Part shown: in pieces, positions 26,432 to 35,712 of the stretch
Layout: the number at the start of each line of letters is the position of its first letter
How positions within the stretch are numbered: position 1 is the first letter of the stretch
Origin: Caulobacter sp.
GTDB taxonomy: Bacteria > Pseudomonadota > Alphaproteobacteria > Caulobacterales > Caulobacteraceae
Assembly: GCA_044239675.1 (NCBI GenBank)
Contig: JBIIAX010000005.1
Coordinates: forward strand, 125,024 to 189,023
Length of the DNA: 64,000 nucleotides
Reading direction: 5' to 3'
Translations under genes and position numbers: made by a program
Notes under the pieces: generated by a model
What the model saw: the letters and a program-made list of their open reading frames with translations, nothing else
Database searches by the model: none
What the model was told of the DNA's origin: nothing

Positions 26432-27739
26432 TCAGGCCGGTTTGCCGATGGAGCTGTATTCGAACCCGCGGCTCTTCATTTCTTCCGGGCGATAGATGTT
26501 GCGCAGGTCGACCACGATCGGGCTGCGCATCAGCTGTTTGACCCGGTCGAGATCCATGGCGCGGAACTGGTCCCACTCGGTGATGATCACCACCGCGTCG
26601 GCGCCGTCGACGGCGTCATAGGCGTCGTCCTTGAAATCGACGTCCTTGAGCATCGCCTTGGCCTCATGTCCTTCCGGATCATAGGCCTGGACCTTGGCGC
26701 CCATGGCCTGCAGGGCCGGGACAATGTCCAGGCTGGGGGCGTCACGCATGTCGTCGGTGTTGGGCTTGAAGGTGAGGCCCAGGACACCGACCGTCTTGCC
26801 GGTCAGGTCCTTGGAGCCCAGCGCCTTGGCAACCTTGTCGGCCATGGCCTTCTTGCGGCGGTCGTTGACCCGGACGGTGGCCTCGACCAGCTCGATCGGC
26901 GTGCCGGCGTCGGAAGCGGTGCGGACCAGGGCCAGGGTGTCCTTCGGGAAGCAGCTGCCGCCGTAGCCCGGGCCGGCGTGCAGGAACTTGCTGCCGATCC
27001 GGTTGTCGAGGCCGATGCCCTTGGCCACCTGCTGCACGTCGGCTCCGACGGCTTCGCAGAGGTCGGCGATCTCGTTGATGAAGGTGATCTTCATCGCCAG
27101 GAAGGCGTTGGCCGCATATTTGATCAGCTCGCTGGTGCGGCGGCCGACAAAGACGATGGGGGTCTCGTTGAGGTTCAGCGGGCGATACAGCTCGCGCATC
27201 ACCTCGCGGGCCTTTTCGTTGTCGGTGCCGACGACGACGCGGTCGGGCCGCTTGAAGTCGTCGATGGCGGCGCCTTCGCGCAGGAATTCGGGGTTGGAGA
27301 CGACGGCGAAGTCGGCGTCGGGCCGGGCCTCGCGGATGATCTTCTCGATCTCGTCGCCGGTGCCGACCGGAACCGTGGACTTGGTGACCACCACGGTGAA
27401 GCCGTCCATCAGCATGGCGATCTCTTTGGCCGCCGCATAGACGTAGGAAAGATCGGCGTGGCCGTCGCCCCGGCGCGAGGGGGTGCCGACGGCGATGAAC
27501 ACCGCGTCGGCGCTCTTCACCGCTTCATCGGCTTCCAGAGAGAAGGAGATGCGGCCGGCCTTGGCGTTGCGGGCGACCAAATCGTCGAGGCCCGGTTCGA
27601 AGATCGGGATTTCGCCCGCCTTCAGGCGCTCGATCTTGCCGGCATCCTTGTCGATGCAGACGACCGTGTGACCGAAGTCGGCGAAACAGGCCCCGGACAC
27701 CAGTCCGACATAGCCAGTTCCGATCATGGCGACGCGCAT
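26432..27739 (-). CDS. ugd: UDP-glucose 6-dehydrogenase
   Basis: IGTGYVG, VTKSTVPVGT, SNPEFLREG, GYGGSCFPKD and AFKPNTDDMR-like motifs. Confidence 0.95.
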   Translation of the reverse strand: MRVAMIGTGYVGLVSGACFADFGHTVVCIDKDAGKIERLKAGEIPIFEPGLDDLVARNAKAGRISFSLEADEAVKSADAVFIAVGTPSRRGDGHADLSYVYAAAKEIAMLMDGFTVVVTKSTVPVGTGDEIEKIIREARPDADFAVVSNPEFLREGAAIDDFKRPDRVVVGTDNEKAREVMRELYRPLNLNETPIVFVGRRTSELIKYAANAFLAMKITFINEIADLCEAVGADVQQVAKGIGLDNRIGSKFLHAGPGYGGSCFPKDTLALVRTASDAGTPIELVEATVRVNDRRKKAMADKVAKALGSKDLTGKTVGVLGLTFKPNTDDMRDAPSLDIVPALQAMGAKVQAYDPEGHEAKAMLKDVDFKDDAYDAVDGADAVVIITEWDQFRAMDLDRVKQLMRSPIVVDLRNIYRPEEMKSRGFEYSSIGKPA

Positions 27740-28139
27740 GAAGTCTCTCCCAAAAGGACCGCTGCCGCGAGCGATCGACGATGCAGATTGTGCGGTGCAA
27801 CAATCCGATGGACCCGGTCACGCGCCCGTCGTCGGACCCGTTGCGGATTGTGGCGCGGCGCCGAATTTATGGGCGATTGGCGCACCTGCTGGCTGGAGTC
27901 AAGCGCTGGCGGAAAGGCCGCGCCATTTGCGCCTGATCTTTCGCTCCGCGTGAAATTGCCCCCCTAACTGGCTGTTGCCAGCACGGTTGTTTTCAGGGCA
28001 TTTGGCCAGCCGAAAGCCGCATTGCGGCCTGCGACATTGCCAGGCGCCCCGGGAACTGGACTACAGTCCGGCATCAACTCGGTCCGAATTGGGTCGCTTG
28101 CGCTGCCGGGGCCGAGCGTGGCCCGCGTATCGGCGATTT

Positions 28140-29711
28140 GTGTGTGTTGGGGATTTTACGCTGCGCCGCGAGACAGAGCTGAGTCACGAGGAGGTCAAGC
28201 CTCGGGCGGCCCGCGCCGCCCTGAGCGGCTTTACCCGGCATGCCGTGGTGCGGATCATGGCGCTGGTCGGCACCCTGCTGTTGGCGCGGATGATCGCCCC
28301 GGCCGGGTTCGGCCTGTTCGCCACCAGCCAGTTTCTGCTTTCCGGCCTGTCGGCCCTCTGTGTCGGGGGGGTCATCGCCGCCCTGGTGCGCCGACGCGAG
28401 GCGTTGAGCGAGGGCGATCTCCGCACCGCCTTTACCGTTCAACAGACCCTGGCGGTCCTGGTGCTGATCGTCGTCTGGTTCGTCGCGCCGCAGATCGTGC
28501 TCGCCTACCACCTGAAGCCCCACGACGTCTGGGTGATCCGGGCGATGTCGGCGATCGTCCTGGTGATGTCGCTGAAGTCGATCCCCAACGCCGTGCTGCA
28601 GCGTCAGGTTCGACATGACCTGGTGGCGGCCAGCGAGGTGGCGGAATACCTGATCTATCTGGTCACCGCCCTGCTGCTGGCCTGGTTGAAGTGGGGCGTC
28701 TGGGCCCTGGTGACCGCGACCGCCGTTCGCCACATCACCGGGATGATCATCCTGCATCTGTCGGCCAGGATGGTCCCCCACTGGGGCCTGGACCGGGCCA
28801 AGGCCGGCCAGCTGCTGAAATTCGCCGTGCCGCTGCAGGCTACGGGCCTGGTCGACCTGGCGACCCGGGCCGCCGCGCCCCTGGCGGCCGGCCTGTTGTT
28901 CAGCGTCGCCACGGTTGGGGTCATCGGCATGGCCAACACCATGCTGGACGCGGTCATCCTGCAGCCCATCGTCCTGCTGTCGGCGCTTCAGCTCCGCCTG
29001 TTCGCCCGCAATCAGGACAGCCAGGATGCGACCCGGCGGCTGATGGCCCAGAGCATCTATGTCGGCGCCGCCGCGGTTTCGCCCTTCGCCGTCTTCCTGG
29101 CCAGCCTGGCGCCGGTGATCATCGGCCTGCTTTTGCCGGGTTCGTGGCAGCAGGTGGGGCCGCTGATCCAGGGGCTGTTCCTGTCCTGCATCATCCAGGT
29201 GGTGGCCTCGCCGATTTCCCAGGCGTCCAAGGCGCTGGGCATGGTCGGCACCTCGCTGGGCGCCTCCGTGGTCAATCTGATCCTGCAGTTGAGCGTCCTG
29301 TTCGCCCTGGAGCCCTATCTGGGCCTGACCGCCTATCCCATCGCCGCGACCGTCGGCGCCGTGGCCTATACCCTTGTGCTGTGGGTGCGGGTCGGGCGGC
29401 GGATCGGCGGGGCGCCGGTCGGGGCTATCCTGCCGGTGGTCGTCGCCAGCCTGGGGGCCGGGGCCATCTGGTGGCTCGCCGGCGTCAGCCACAACCTGCC
29501 CATCGCCCTGGCCGGATTGGTGCTCGGGGGTCTCGTCTATGTCCTTCTGCTGATGCTGCTGTCGGGCAAGGAGATGGCGCGCTACCTGCGGATCCTCGGC
29601 GACGCCACCCTGGCCAAGAAGCCGGCGCTGCTGGCAAAGTCCGCGAAACTGGCCGCCTTGGTGGATCGGGCGCAGATCTTCGGCCGCGGACCGAAGGGCA
29701 GCCCGTCATGA
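28140..29711 (+). CDS. wzx: Wzx-type oligosaccharide flippase (MOP family)
   Basis: LLLARMIAPAGFGLFA N-terminal motif and many hydrophobic segments; start uncertain (GTG 28140 chosen, CTG 28179 possible). Confidence 0.8.
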   Translation: MCVGDFTLRRETELSHEEVKPRAARAALSGFTRHAVVRIMALVGTLLLARMIAPAGFGLFATSQFLLSGLSALCVGGVIAALVRRREALSEGDLRTAFTVQQTLAVLVLIVVWFVAPQIVLAYHLKPHDVWVIRAMSAIVLVMSLKSIPNAVLQRQVRHDLVAASEVAEYLIYLVTALLLAWLKWGVWALVTATAVRHITGMIILHLSARMVPHWGLDRAKAGQLLKFAVPLQATGLVDLATRAAAPLAAGLLFSVATVGVIGMANTMLDAVILQPIVLLSALQLRLFARNQDSQDATRRLMAQSIYVGAAAVSPFAVFLASLAPVIIGLLLPGSWQQVGPLIQGLFLSCIIQVVASPISQASKALGMVGTSLGASVVNLILQLSVLFALEPYLGLTAYPIAATVGAVAYTLVLWVRVGRRIGGAPVGAILPVVVASLGAGAIWWLAGVSHNLPIALAGLVLGGLVYVLLLMLLSGKEMARYLRILGDATLAKKPALLAKSAKLAALVDRAQIFGRGPKGSPS

Positions 29712-31210
29712 TGGCCGCCGCCGCCGCGGGCGAAGCCGGACTGCGACTGGCCGGCGCCTCGTCGGAGGCCGGCCCCATCCCGACCCTGGTCGCCACCCTG
29801 TCCCTCGCGGGCGAGACCTGGTCGGCCCCGGCCGTGGCCATGACGGTGGGGGGCGCGGTGCTGGTCGCTTCCGACCGCACCGGCTGCATCCAGGCCTGGC
29901 GCGGCGCGGATCTCACGCCCCTGTGGCGGCGGGAACTGAAGTCCGAAATCACCTCCTCGCCAGTTGTCGTCGATCTTGCGGGCGATGGCCGGTTCGAGGT
30001 GCTGATCGGCACGCACGGCGGCGACCTCTACCGGCTGGCCATCGACACCGGGGCCACCGTTTCCCGCTTCCGGCTGGGCGAGGCCATCCGCTCGATCCCG
30101 GCTGTGGCCGATGTGGACGGCGACGGCGAACTGGAAATCATTGTCGGCAGCTATGGGCCCAGCGTCTGGGCCATCAAGCGCAACGGCTCAGTCCTGTGGC
30201 AGCGGAAACTGCCCAAGCACCTGTTCATCGGCGGCACCAAGCGGGGCACGGTCTCCCCGCCCCTGGTCCATGACGTCGACCGCGACGGAAAGCTGGAGAT
30301 CGTGCTGGGCACGCGTTCGGCGCGGTTGTTCTGCCTGGATGCTGCGAGCGGCGAGCCCAAGTGGTTCACCACGGTGAAATACGACCCGGACTCCTCACCG
30401 GCCTTCGCCATGGCCGGCGAAAAGCCCCTGGTGGTGTTCGGCGGCGGCGAACACACCAGCGGCCCCGGCGACAACGCCATCATCGCCCTGGACGGCCGCA
30501 CCGGCGAGCGGGTCTGGGCCGCCCCGGCCGGCGGCGGGGTGGATTCCAGCCCGATGATCATCAGCCTGCCGGGCGGAAAGGTCATCGCCGTGGCCTGCAG
30601 CCTGGCGACCGGGCGCTGCCTGGCCGTGAACCTGGCCGACGGGTCGCCAGCGTGGTCCTACGACTTCCCGCACGCCGAGACCTGCAGCCATGCCGATGGT
30701 CATTGCCGCCCGGCCGATGGACGGCCCTATTTCACCGAGAACGCCATCTGCCGCAGCTATACGACGCCGCTGGTCGTGAAGCCGGCAGGCGCGGCGCCGA
30801 TGGTGGTTGTTGGCAACAACGCCGGCCACATCGTCGCCCTGGACGCCGAGACAGGCGCGGTGCGGTTCGCTGATCGGGCCGAAGGAATGGTGCGCGGGTC
30901 GCTGATCCTGGCGCCGCTTTCGCCGGATGGCGGACAGACGCTGGTCGTTCCGGCCGGATCGACGCTGCGGCTCTACAGCTGGGCCGTGGATGCGCCGCCG
31001 ACGCTCCAGTTCAAGGGCCGGCTCGACCACCTGGGCGCCGATCATGAGGCGCCGGTCGCGACTGGTCCTGCCCTGCCGCCCGCGGAGGGGCTCAAGGGCA
31101 GGATGTTCTGGCGGCTGGGCGTGCTCGACGCCTGGCGCCATCTGCTGATCAAGCTGGACGACAAGGTCCTGCGGCGGCTGGGCGTCAAGCTGCTGGAGCA
31201 TGGCTACTGA
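29708..31210 (+). CDS. Beta-propeller protein with FG-GAP/PQQ-like repeats, no signal peptide
   Basis: Repeats DLAGDGRFEVLIGT, DVDGDGELEIIVGS, DVDRDGKLEIVLGT; PQQ-like ALDGRTGERVW, ALDAETGAVRF; ATG overlaps the wzx stop. Confidence 0.8.
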   Translation: MMAAAAAGEAGLRLAGASSEAGPIPTLVATLSLAGETWSAPAVAMTVGGAVLVASDRTGCIQAWRGADLTPLWRRELKSEITSSPVVVDLAGDGRFEVLIGTHGGDLYRLAIDTGATVSRFRLGEAIRSIPAVADVDGDGELEIIVGSYGPSVWAIKRNGSVLWQRKLPKHLFIGGTKRGTVSPPLVHDVDRDGKLEIVLGTRSARLFCLDAASGEPKWFTTVKYDPDSSPAFAMAGEKPLVVFGGGEHTSGPGDNAIIALDGRTGERVWAAPAGGGVDSSPMIISLPGGKVIAVACSLATGRCLAVNLADGSPAWSYDFPHAETCSHADGHCRPADGRPYFTENAICRSYTTPLVVKPAGAAPMVVVGNNAGHIVALDAETGAVRFADRAEGMVRGSLILAPLSPDGGQTLVVPAGSTLRLYSWAVDAPPTLQFKGRLDHLGADHEAPVATGPALPPAEGLKGRMFWRLGVLDAWRHLLIKLDDKVLRRLGVKLLEHGY

Positions 31211-32502
31211 TGACGGATGGTTTCACGCCTCTCTGCGGACCGGACCTGGCCTGGGTGAACACCACCCTGGACCTGATCGAGCAGCGCTACGTCGGCGGAG
31301 CCAAGATTCTGGTCACCGAGCTGAACGGCGATGGGGTGATCACCGATCCCGAGCCGCTGGTCGCCGACTTCGGCGATGTCCTGCCCTTCCTGCAGCGCTA
31401 TGGCCGAAACGACTTCGCCAGGGAGCAGATGCTGCAGACCGGGCCATACCTGACCGGCGGCCTCTATCGCAGCGGCGGGCGGCTGAAGCTGTTCAGCAAT
31501 CACGACTGGCTGCTGGGCCTGCTGGAACTGCACCGGGCGACGGGCGATGTCGCCCTGCTGGAAGCGGCGCGGACCGGCTCCCTGACCATCATCGAGACGA
31601 TGTTCGTCGGCGACCTGCTGATTGACGAGCCCATCGTCGGCTCCGATCCCCGCACCTGGGCGGCCCGGGCCAACGCCTTCAACGGCGGCTATATCGAGCT
31701 GTGGCTGGAGCTTTACGACCTGACCGGCGACCCGGCCTTCCTGAGCGCCTCGGTGCGGCTGGCCGAGGGTTGGGTAGCCACCGCGGGCTTCCGCAAGTAC
31801 GGGCTGTTCTGCCGGGTGCTCAGCGCCCATTCGGATATCCTGGGCGCGCTGCTGAAGCCCGCCTCCAACCTGTCGGTCCTGCTGTTCAAGGATAACACCA
31901 ACATGGTCTGGAGCCTTGCGGCTCTGGAACACCGGACCAAGGACGGCCGCTGGAAAGGCGTCATCGACCGCTGGCTGACCGGGTTCGAGACCCTGATGCT
32001 CAACGGCGGCGACGTCTGGCTGCAGCTCGACCGGAACATGCAGGGCCGGGAGGTCAGCCTGAAGGCCGCCTTCGCCACCATCGACCTGCTCTGCGATCTG
32101 GCCGCCGAGGGGCTGTCGGACCGGTCGCTGGCCGTCGCCCAGGTGATCGCCGACCGCTGGCTGACCCGGCAATGGGACAACGGCCTGTTCCCCGAACATC
32201 CGGATGGCGACCGCGACCACCTGGACGCCAATGTCGACATGGCCATCGCCCTGCAGAAGCTGGCCGGCCTGACGGGCAGGCCCGAATATGCCGAGGCGGC
32301 CGGTCGCGCCGCCCAGGCCGTCCCGGCGCTGCACGCCACGCCTTACGGCCTGTGCCTGGCCGTCGGACCGGACGGCGCGGTGGTGCGCGACAAGATCACC
32401 GTCAAATACCAGGCCCTGGCCCTGAAACTGGCCCTGGCGCCGGCCGATCCGAAAGCCCTGCTGGCGGATGCTGACCTGATGTCCCTGTTGCGAGATCGCT
32501 GA
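31210..32502 (+). CDS. Hypothetical (alpha/alpha)6 six-hairpin-like protein
   Basis: Recurrent helix-hairpin pattern LLELHRATGDVALLEAA, LELYDLTGDPAFLSAS, LQKLAGLTGRPEYAEAA; coupled to both neighbours. Confidence 0.7.
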   Translation: MTDGFTPLCGPDLAWVNTTLDLIEQRYVGGAKILVTELNGDGVITDPEPLVADFGDVLPFLQRYGRNDFAREQMLQTGPYLTGGLYRSGGRLKLFSNHDWLLGLLELHRATGDVALLEAARTGSLTIIETMFVGDLLIDEPIVGSDPRTWAARANAFNGGYIELWLELYDLTGDPAFLSASVRLAEGWVATAGFRKYGLFCRVLSAHSDILGALLKPASNLSVLLFKDNTNMVWSLAALEHRTKDGRWKGVIDRWLTGFETLMLNGGDVWLQLDRNMQGREVSLKAAFATIDLLCDLAAEGLSDRSLAVAQVIADRWLTRQWDNGLFPEHPDGDRDHLDANVDMAIALQKLAGLTGRPEYAEAAGRAAQAVPALHATPYGLCLAVGPDGAVVRDKITVKYQALALKLALAPADPKALLADADLMSLLRDR

Positions 32503-33687
32503 ATGAAGCTGGGCTACGTCATCGCCAGGTTCCCCTGGCCCTCGGAGACCTTCGTCAGTCGCGAGGTGATCGACCTGCTGCGCATCGGCGTGGACCTGGA
32601 AATCTATTCCTTCGAGCGGCCGACAGGCGCCGACCTCGACCTGCTGACGCCGGAAGCCAAGGCTCTGATCGACAAGGTCCAGTACATCAGCAAGCAGGAG
32701 GCGGCGCTCAGCCTGGCCAGCCTGTCCCTGCCGAAGATGCTGAAACTGAACAACCGCTTCAGCCGGGAAGCCACCGAGAAGACCAACGCCCCCCTGCGGC
32801 TGGGCCGGGCCGCCGCCATTATCCGCCGGGCCAAGGCCGACGGGGTGGACGGCCTGCACGCCCACTGGCCCTACGCCACCCAGGTGGCCGCCCTGGCCCA
32901 CGCCGGATCGGGTCTGCCCTATTCGATCAGCGTGCACGCGCATGAGGTCGCCTACGACAGCGGCCACTTCCCTGCCGCCTTCGAGACCCTGAAGTTCTCC
33001 AGCTTCTGCAATCAGGCGGCGATGGACTACCTGCTGCAGCGCCTGCCCAACGACGAGCGGGCGCGCTGTCACCTGCACTATCACGGGGTCGACACCACGG
33101 CCTTCGCCGAACTGCCGCCGGCGGGCGAGGCCAAGCCGTTGCGAATTCTGTCGGCTGGACGGATCACCCCGACCAAGGGGTTCGATCGGCTGGTCCGCGC
33201 CTGCGCCCTGGCCAAGAAAGAGGGGCTGGATGTCCGGCTGACCATCCTGGGCCGCGGCAATGGGCTGGAGGCGCTGAAGACCCTCGCGGCCGAACTGGAC
33301 TTCGCCGAGGAACTGGAGCTGCCCGGCTGGGTGGCCCATTCGGAAGTCAGCGGCTTCCTGGCCCGCAGCCACGTCTTCGCCCTGCTGGCCAATACCGACT
33401 TCAACGACGGCCTGCCCAATGTCGTGGTCGAGGCCATGGCGGTGGGACGGCCGGTCATCGTCTCCCCCCTGCCCGCTGCCCGCGAAGCGGTCATCAACGG
33501 CGAGACCGGCTTCATTCTGGACGGCGTCGAGGACTATCCGGGCTTTGTCGCCGCCCTTCGCCAACTGGTGGATGGCGCCGGGGCCGAGCGCATGGGAAGG
33601 GCGGCCCGCGCTCTGGTCGTGGGGCGCTATGACGCCCGCGCCCATATCCGCGCCCTGGCTGAACAACTCGAGGGCGCCCATGGATGA
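32503..33687 (+). CDS. GT4 glycosyltransferase, WcaL-like
   Basis: FPWPSETFV, LHAHW, LSAGRITPTKG and DGLPNVVVEAMA motifs. Confidence 0.88.
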   Translation: MKLGYVIARFPWPSETFVSREVIDLLRIGVDLEIYSFERPTGADLDLLTPEAKALIDKVQYISKQEAALSLASLSLPKMLKLNNRFSREATEKTNAPLRLGRAAAIIRRAKADGVDGLHAHWPYATQVAALAHAGSGLPYSISVHAHEVAYDSGHFPAAFETLKFSSFCNQAAMDYLLQRLPNDERARCHLHYHGVDTTAFAELPPAGEAKPLRILSAGRITPTKGFDRLVRACALAKKEGLDVRLTILGRGNGLEALKTLAAELDFAEELELPGWVAHSEVSGFLARSHVFALLANTDFNDGLPNVVVEAMAVGRPVIVSPLPAAREAVINGETGFILDGVEDYPGFVAALRQLVDGAGAERMGRAARALVVGRYDARAHIRALAEQLEGAHG

Positions 33688-34549
33688 GATGACACCGCCC
33701 GCCGCCGCGACCTCAGCGCGTCCGACGCTGGCCGCCGTGGCCATCGCCCGCGACGAGCGGCGCGACATCGTCGGCTTCATCGCCAATCTGGCGCCCTGGG
33801 TGGACGAGATCGTCATCGTCGACGACGGCTCGACCGACGGGACGCTGGAATTCCTCGAGACCTGCGGGTTTCCGGTGACGATCGTCAAACGGCGGCTGGA
33901 GCCGGTCGGCGGTTTCGCGGCCCAGCGCAACAGCGGCCTGGACGTCGCCAGGAGCGACTGGCTGCTGCATATGGATATCGACGAGCGGGTGACGCCGGAA
34001 CTGGCGGCGGAAATCCGCGCCAATATCGCCGACACTTCGATGAACGGCTTCAACTACCGCCGGCTGAACTTCTTCCTGCACCGGCCCTTCCCGGCCGGCG
34101 GCTGGGAAAGCTGGAACAATCCGCAGCTGGGCCGCCGGGGTCATCATCGCTTCGTCAACGCCGTGCATGAAGAGGTCGAGGTCGAGGGTGGGTCGGCCAG
34201 GACGGGGCAGCTGACGGCGATGATGTGGCATCTGAACGACGAGAACTACGTCGAGCGCCTGCGCAAGAGCGTGCAGTATTCCCAGCTGTCGGCCGATGAG
34301 ATCGAGAAGGCCGGGCCGGTGCGCGGCATCGACCTGATCCTTCAGCCGCTGAAGAGGGGCCTCAAGGCCTATGTCCTGAAGGGCGCCTGGAAGCATGGCC
34401 TGCACGGCCTGATCTTCGGGGTCTACACCTTCGCCAGCACCTTCAACCGCTACGCCATCGCCTGGGATCGCCAGAACCAGATCGGGCGCGAGACACTGGA
34501 AGGCCAGCTGGCCGACAACTGGCAGCGGCATGGGGCGCCCAAGGCATGA
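33680..34549 (+). CDS. GT2 glycosyltransferase, LgtF/WaaE-like
   Basis: IVIVDDGSTDGT, FAAQRNSG, LHMDIDER and VHEEV motifs. Confidence 0.88.
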   Translation: MDEMTPPAAATSARPTLAAVAIARDERRDIVGFIANLAPWVDEIVIVDDGSTDGTLEFLETCGFPVTIVKRRLEPVGGFAAQRNSGLDVARSDWLLHMDIDERVTPELAAEIRANIADTSMNGFNYRRLNFFLHRPFPAGGWESWNNPQLGRRGHHRFVNAVHEEVEVEGGSARTGQLTAMMWHLNDENYVERLRKSVQYSQLSADEIEKAGPVRGIDLILQPLKRGLKAYVLKGAWKHGLHGLIFGVYTFASTFNRYAIAWDRQNQIGRETLEGQLADNWQRHGAPKA

Positions 34550-35712
34550 CCACGGGCCCCAAGCGGATCGTCTGGCTGCTGTCGCCCCCCTGGGACGGGG
34601 TGTGGACCCGGCAGAACCACTTCTCCCGCCGCTTCGCGCGCACCGGAGTGGATATCCTCTATGTCGAGAATCCCATCGCCATCGGAGCGCGGCTGAAGCA
34701 GGGCGGACTGAAGTCGTTGTTCCGCGGCGCGACGGTTCGGGAGGTCGAGCCCGGCGTTCGGGTGATGACCCTGCCGATGCAGATCCCGGGATCGACCCGG
34801 CTGAAGGCCCTGGCCCGGCTGAACGGCGCCCGGTTCGCCGGCGCTATCCGGGGGTGGCTGAAGGCCGAGGGCTGGGACGATTATCTTGTCTGGTGCCGGC
34901 TGCCGGGATCGATCGACACGCTGAACCAGCTGTCGCCGCGCACGGTGGTCTATGACGTCACCGACGACTACGTCTACTACGCCCGCTCGGCCGAAGAACG
35001 GCGACTCACCCGGGCCGCCGAGGCGGCCATCGCCCAACGGGCCGGGCAGGTGTTCACCACCACCGAGGCCCTGCGCGACCGGCTGGCCCAGTCCAATCCC
35101 AACACCACCATCATTCCGAACGGCGTCGATCCGGTGTTCCTGGAGAAGGCCTCGGAGGGAGAAGACCCGCTGGCCCATGTGCCGCATCCGCGCATCGGCT
35201 TCGTCGGGCTGGTCGCCCGCTGGATGGACTTCGAGCTGCTGAACAAGCTGGCTAGGCGCTGGCCGGATCAGGTGGTCATCGTCGGGCCGGTCAAGCCGGA
35301 AGCCGAAGCGGCCCTCGGCTCGATCCCCAATCTCGTCCGCATCGGCCATGTGGAACACCTGAAGGTGCCGGCCTATCTGAACGGGTTCGACGTCTGTATC
35401 CTGCCGCATGAGGTCAGCGAGCTTCGCCACCGCGCCGATCCGCTGAAGATCGTCGAATATATGGCCAGCGGAAAACCCACCGTCTCGGTCGCCCTGCGGT
35501 CGGTTTACCCCATGGCGCCCTATGTCGACATCGCCAGGGACCATACCGCCTTCATCGACCTGGTCGCCGCGCGGATCGCCGATCCCCGGGATGACCTGGC
35601 CGAGGGCCGGCGCGACATCGCCCGGGCGCGCGGCTGGGATGGACTGTTCGAGCAGGTCCAGGCCAAGGTGGCCGCGGCCTGGGAGCGGGCGGGGGGACGG
35701 AGCAAGGCATGA
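34546..35712 (+). CDS. GT-B glycosyltransferase, TuaH-like
   Basis: VVYDVTDDY, IIPNGVD, IGFVGLVARWMD and PLKIVEYMASGKP motifs. Confidence 0.85.
   Translation: MTTGPKRIVWLLSPPWDGVWTRQNHFSRRFARTGVDILYVENPIAIGARLKQGGLKSLFRGATVREVEPGVRVMTLPMQIPGSTRLKALARLNGARFAGAIRGWLKAEGWDDYLVWCRLPGSIDTLNQLSPRTVVYDVTDDYVYYARSAEERRLTRAAEAAIAQRAGQVFTTTEALRDRLAQSNPNTTIIPNGVDPVFLEKASEGEDPLAHVPHPRIGFVGLVARWMDFELLNKLARRWPDQVVIVGPVKPEAEAALGSIPNLVRIGHVEHLKVPAYLNGFDVCILPHEVSELRHRADPLKIVEYMASGKPTVSVALRSVYPMAPYVDIARDHTAFIDLVAARIADPRDDLAEGRRDIARARGWDGLFEQVQAKVAAAWERAGGRSKA

Noticed and set aside
27740-28139. JUMPStart/ops antitermination element before the long GT operon
   Set aside because: I looked for GGCGGTAG-type ops and found none; no NusG paralogue gene is in the window.
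28691-29707. 339-aa N-terminal extension of the beta-propeller ORF in the track
   Set aside because: It overlaps wzx in another frame and reads as low-complexity; the ATG at 29708 overlapping the wzx stop is the better start.
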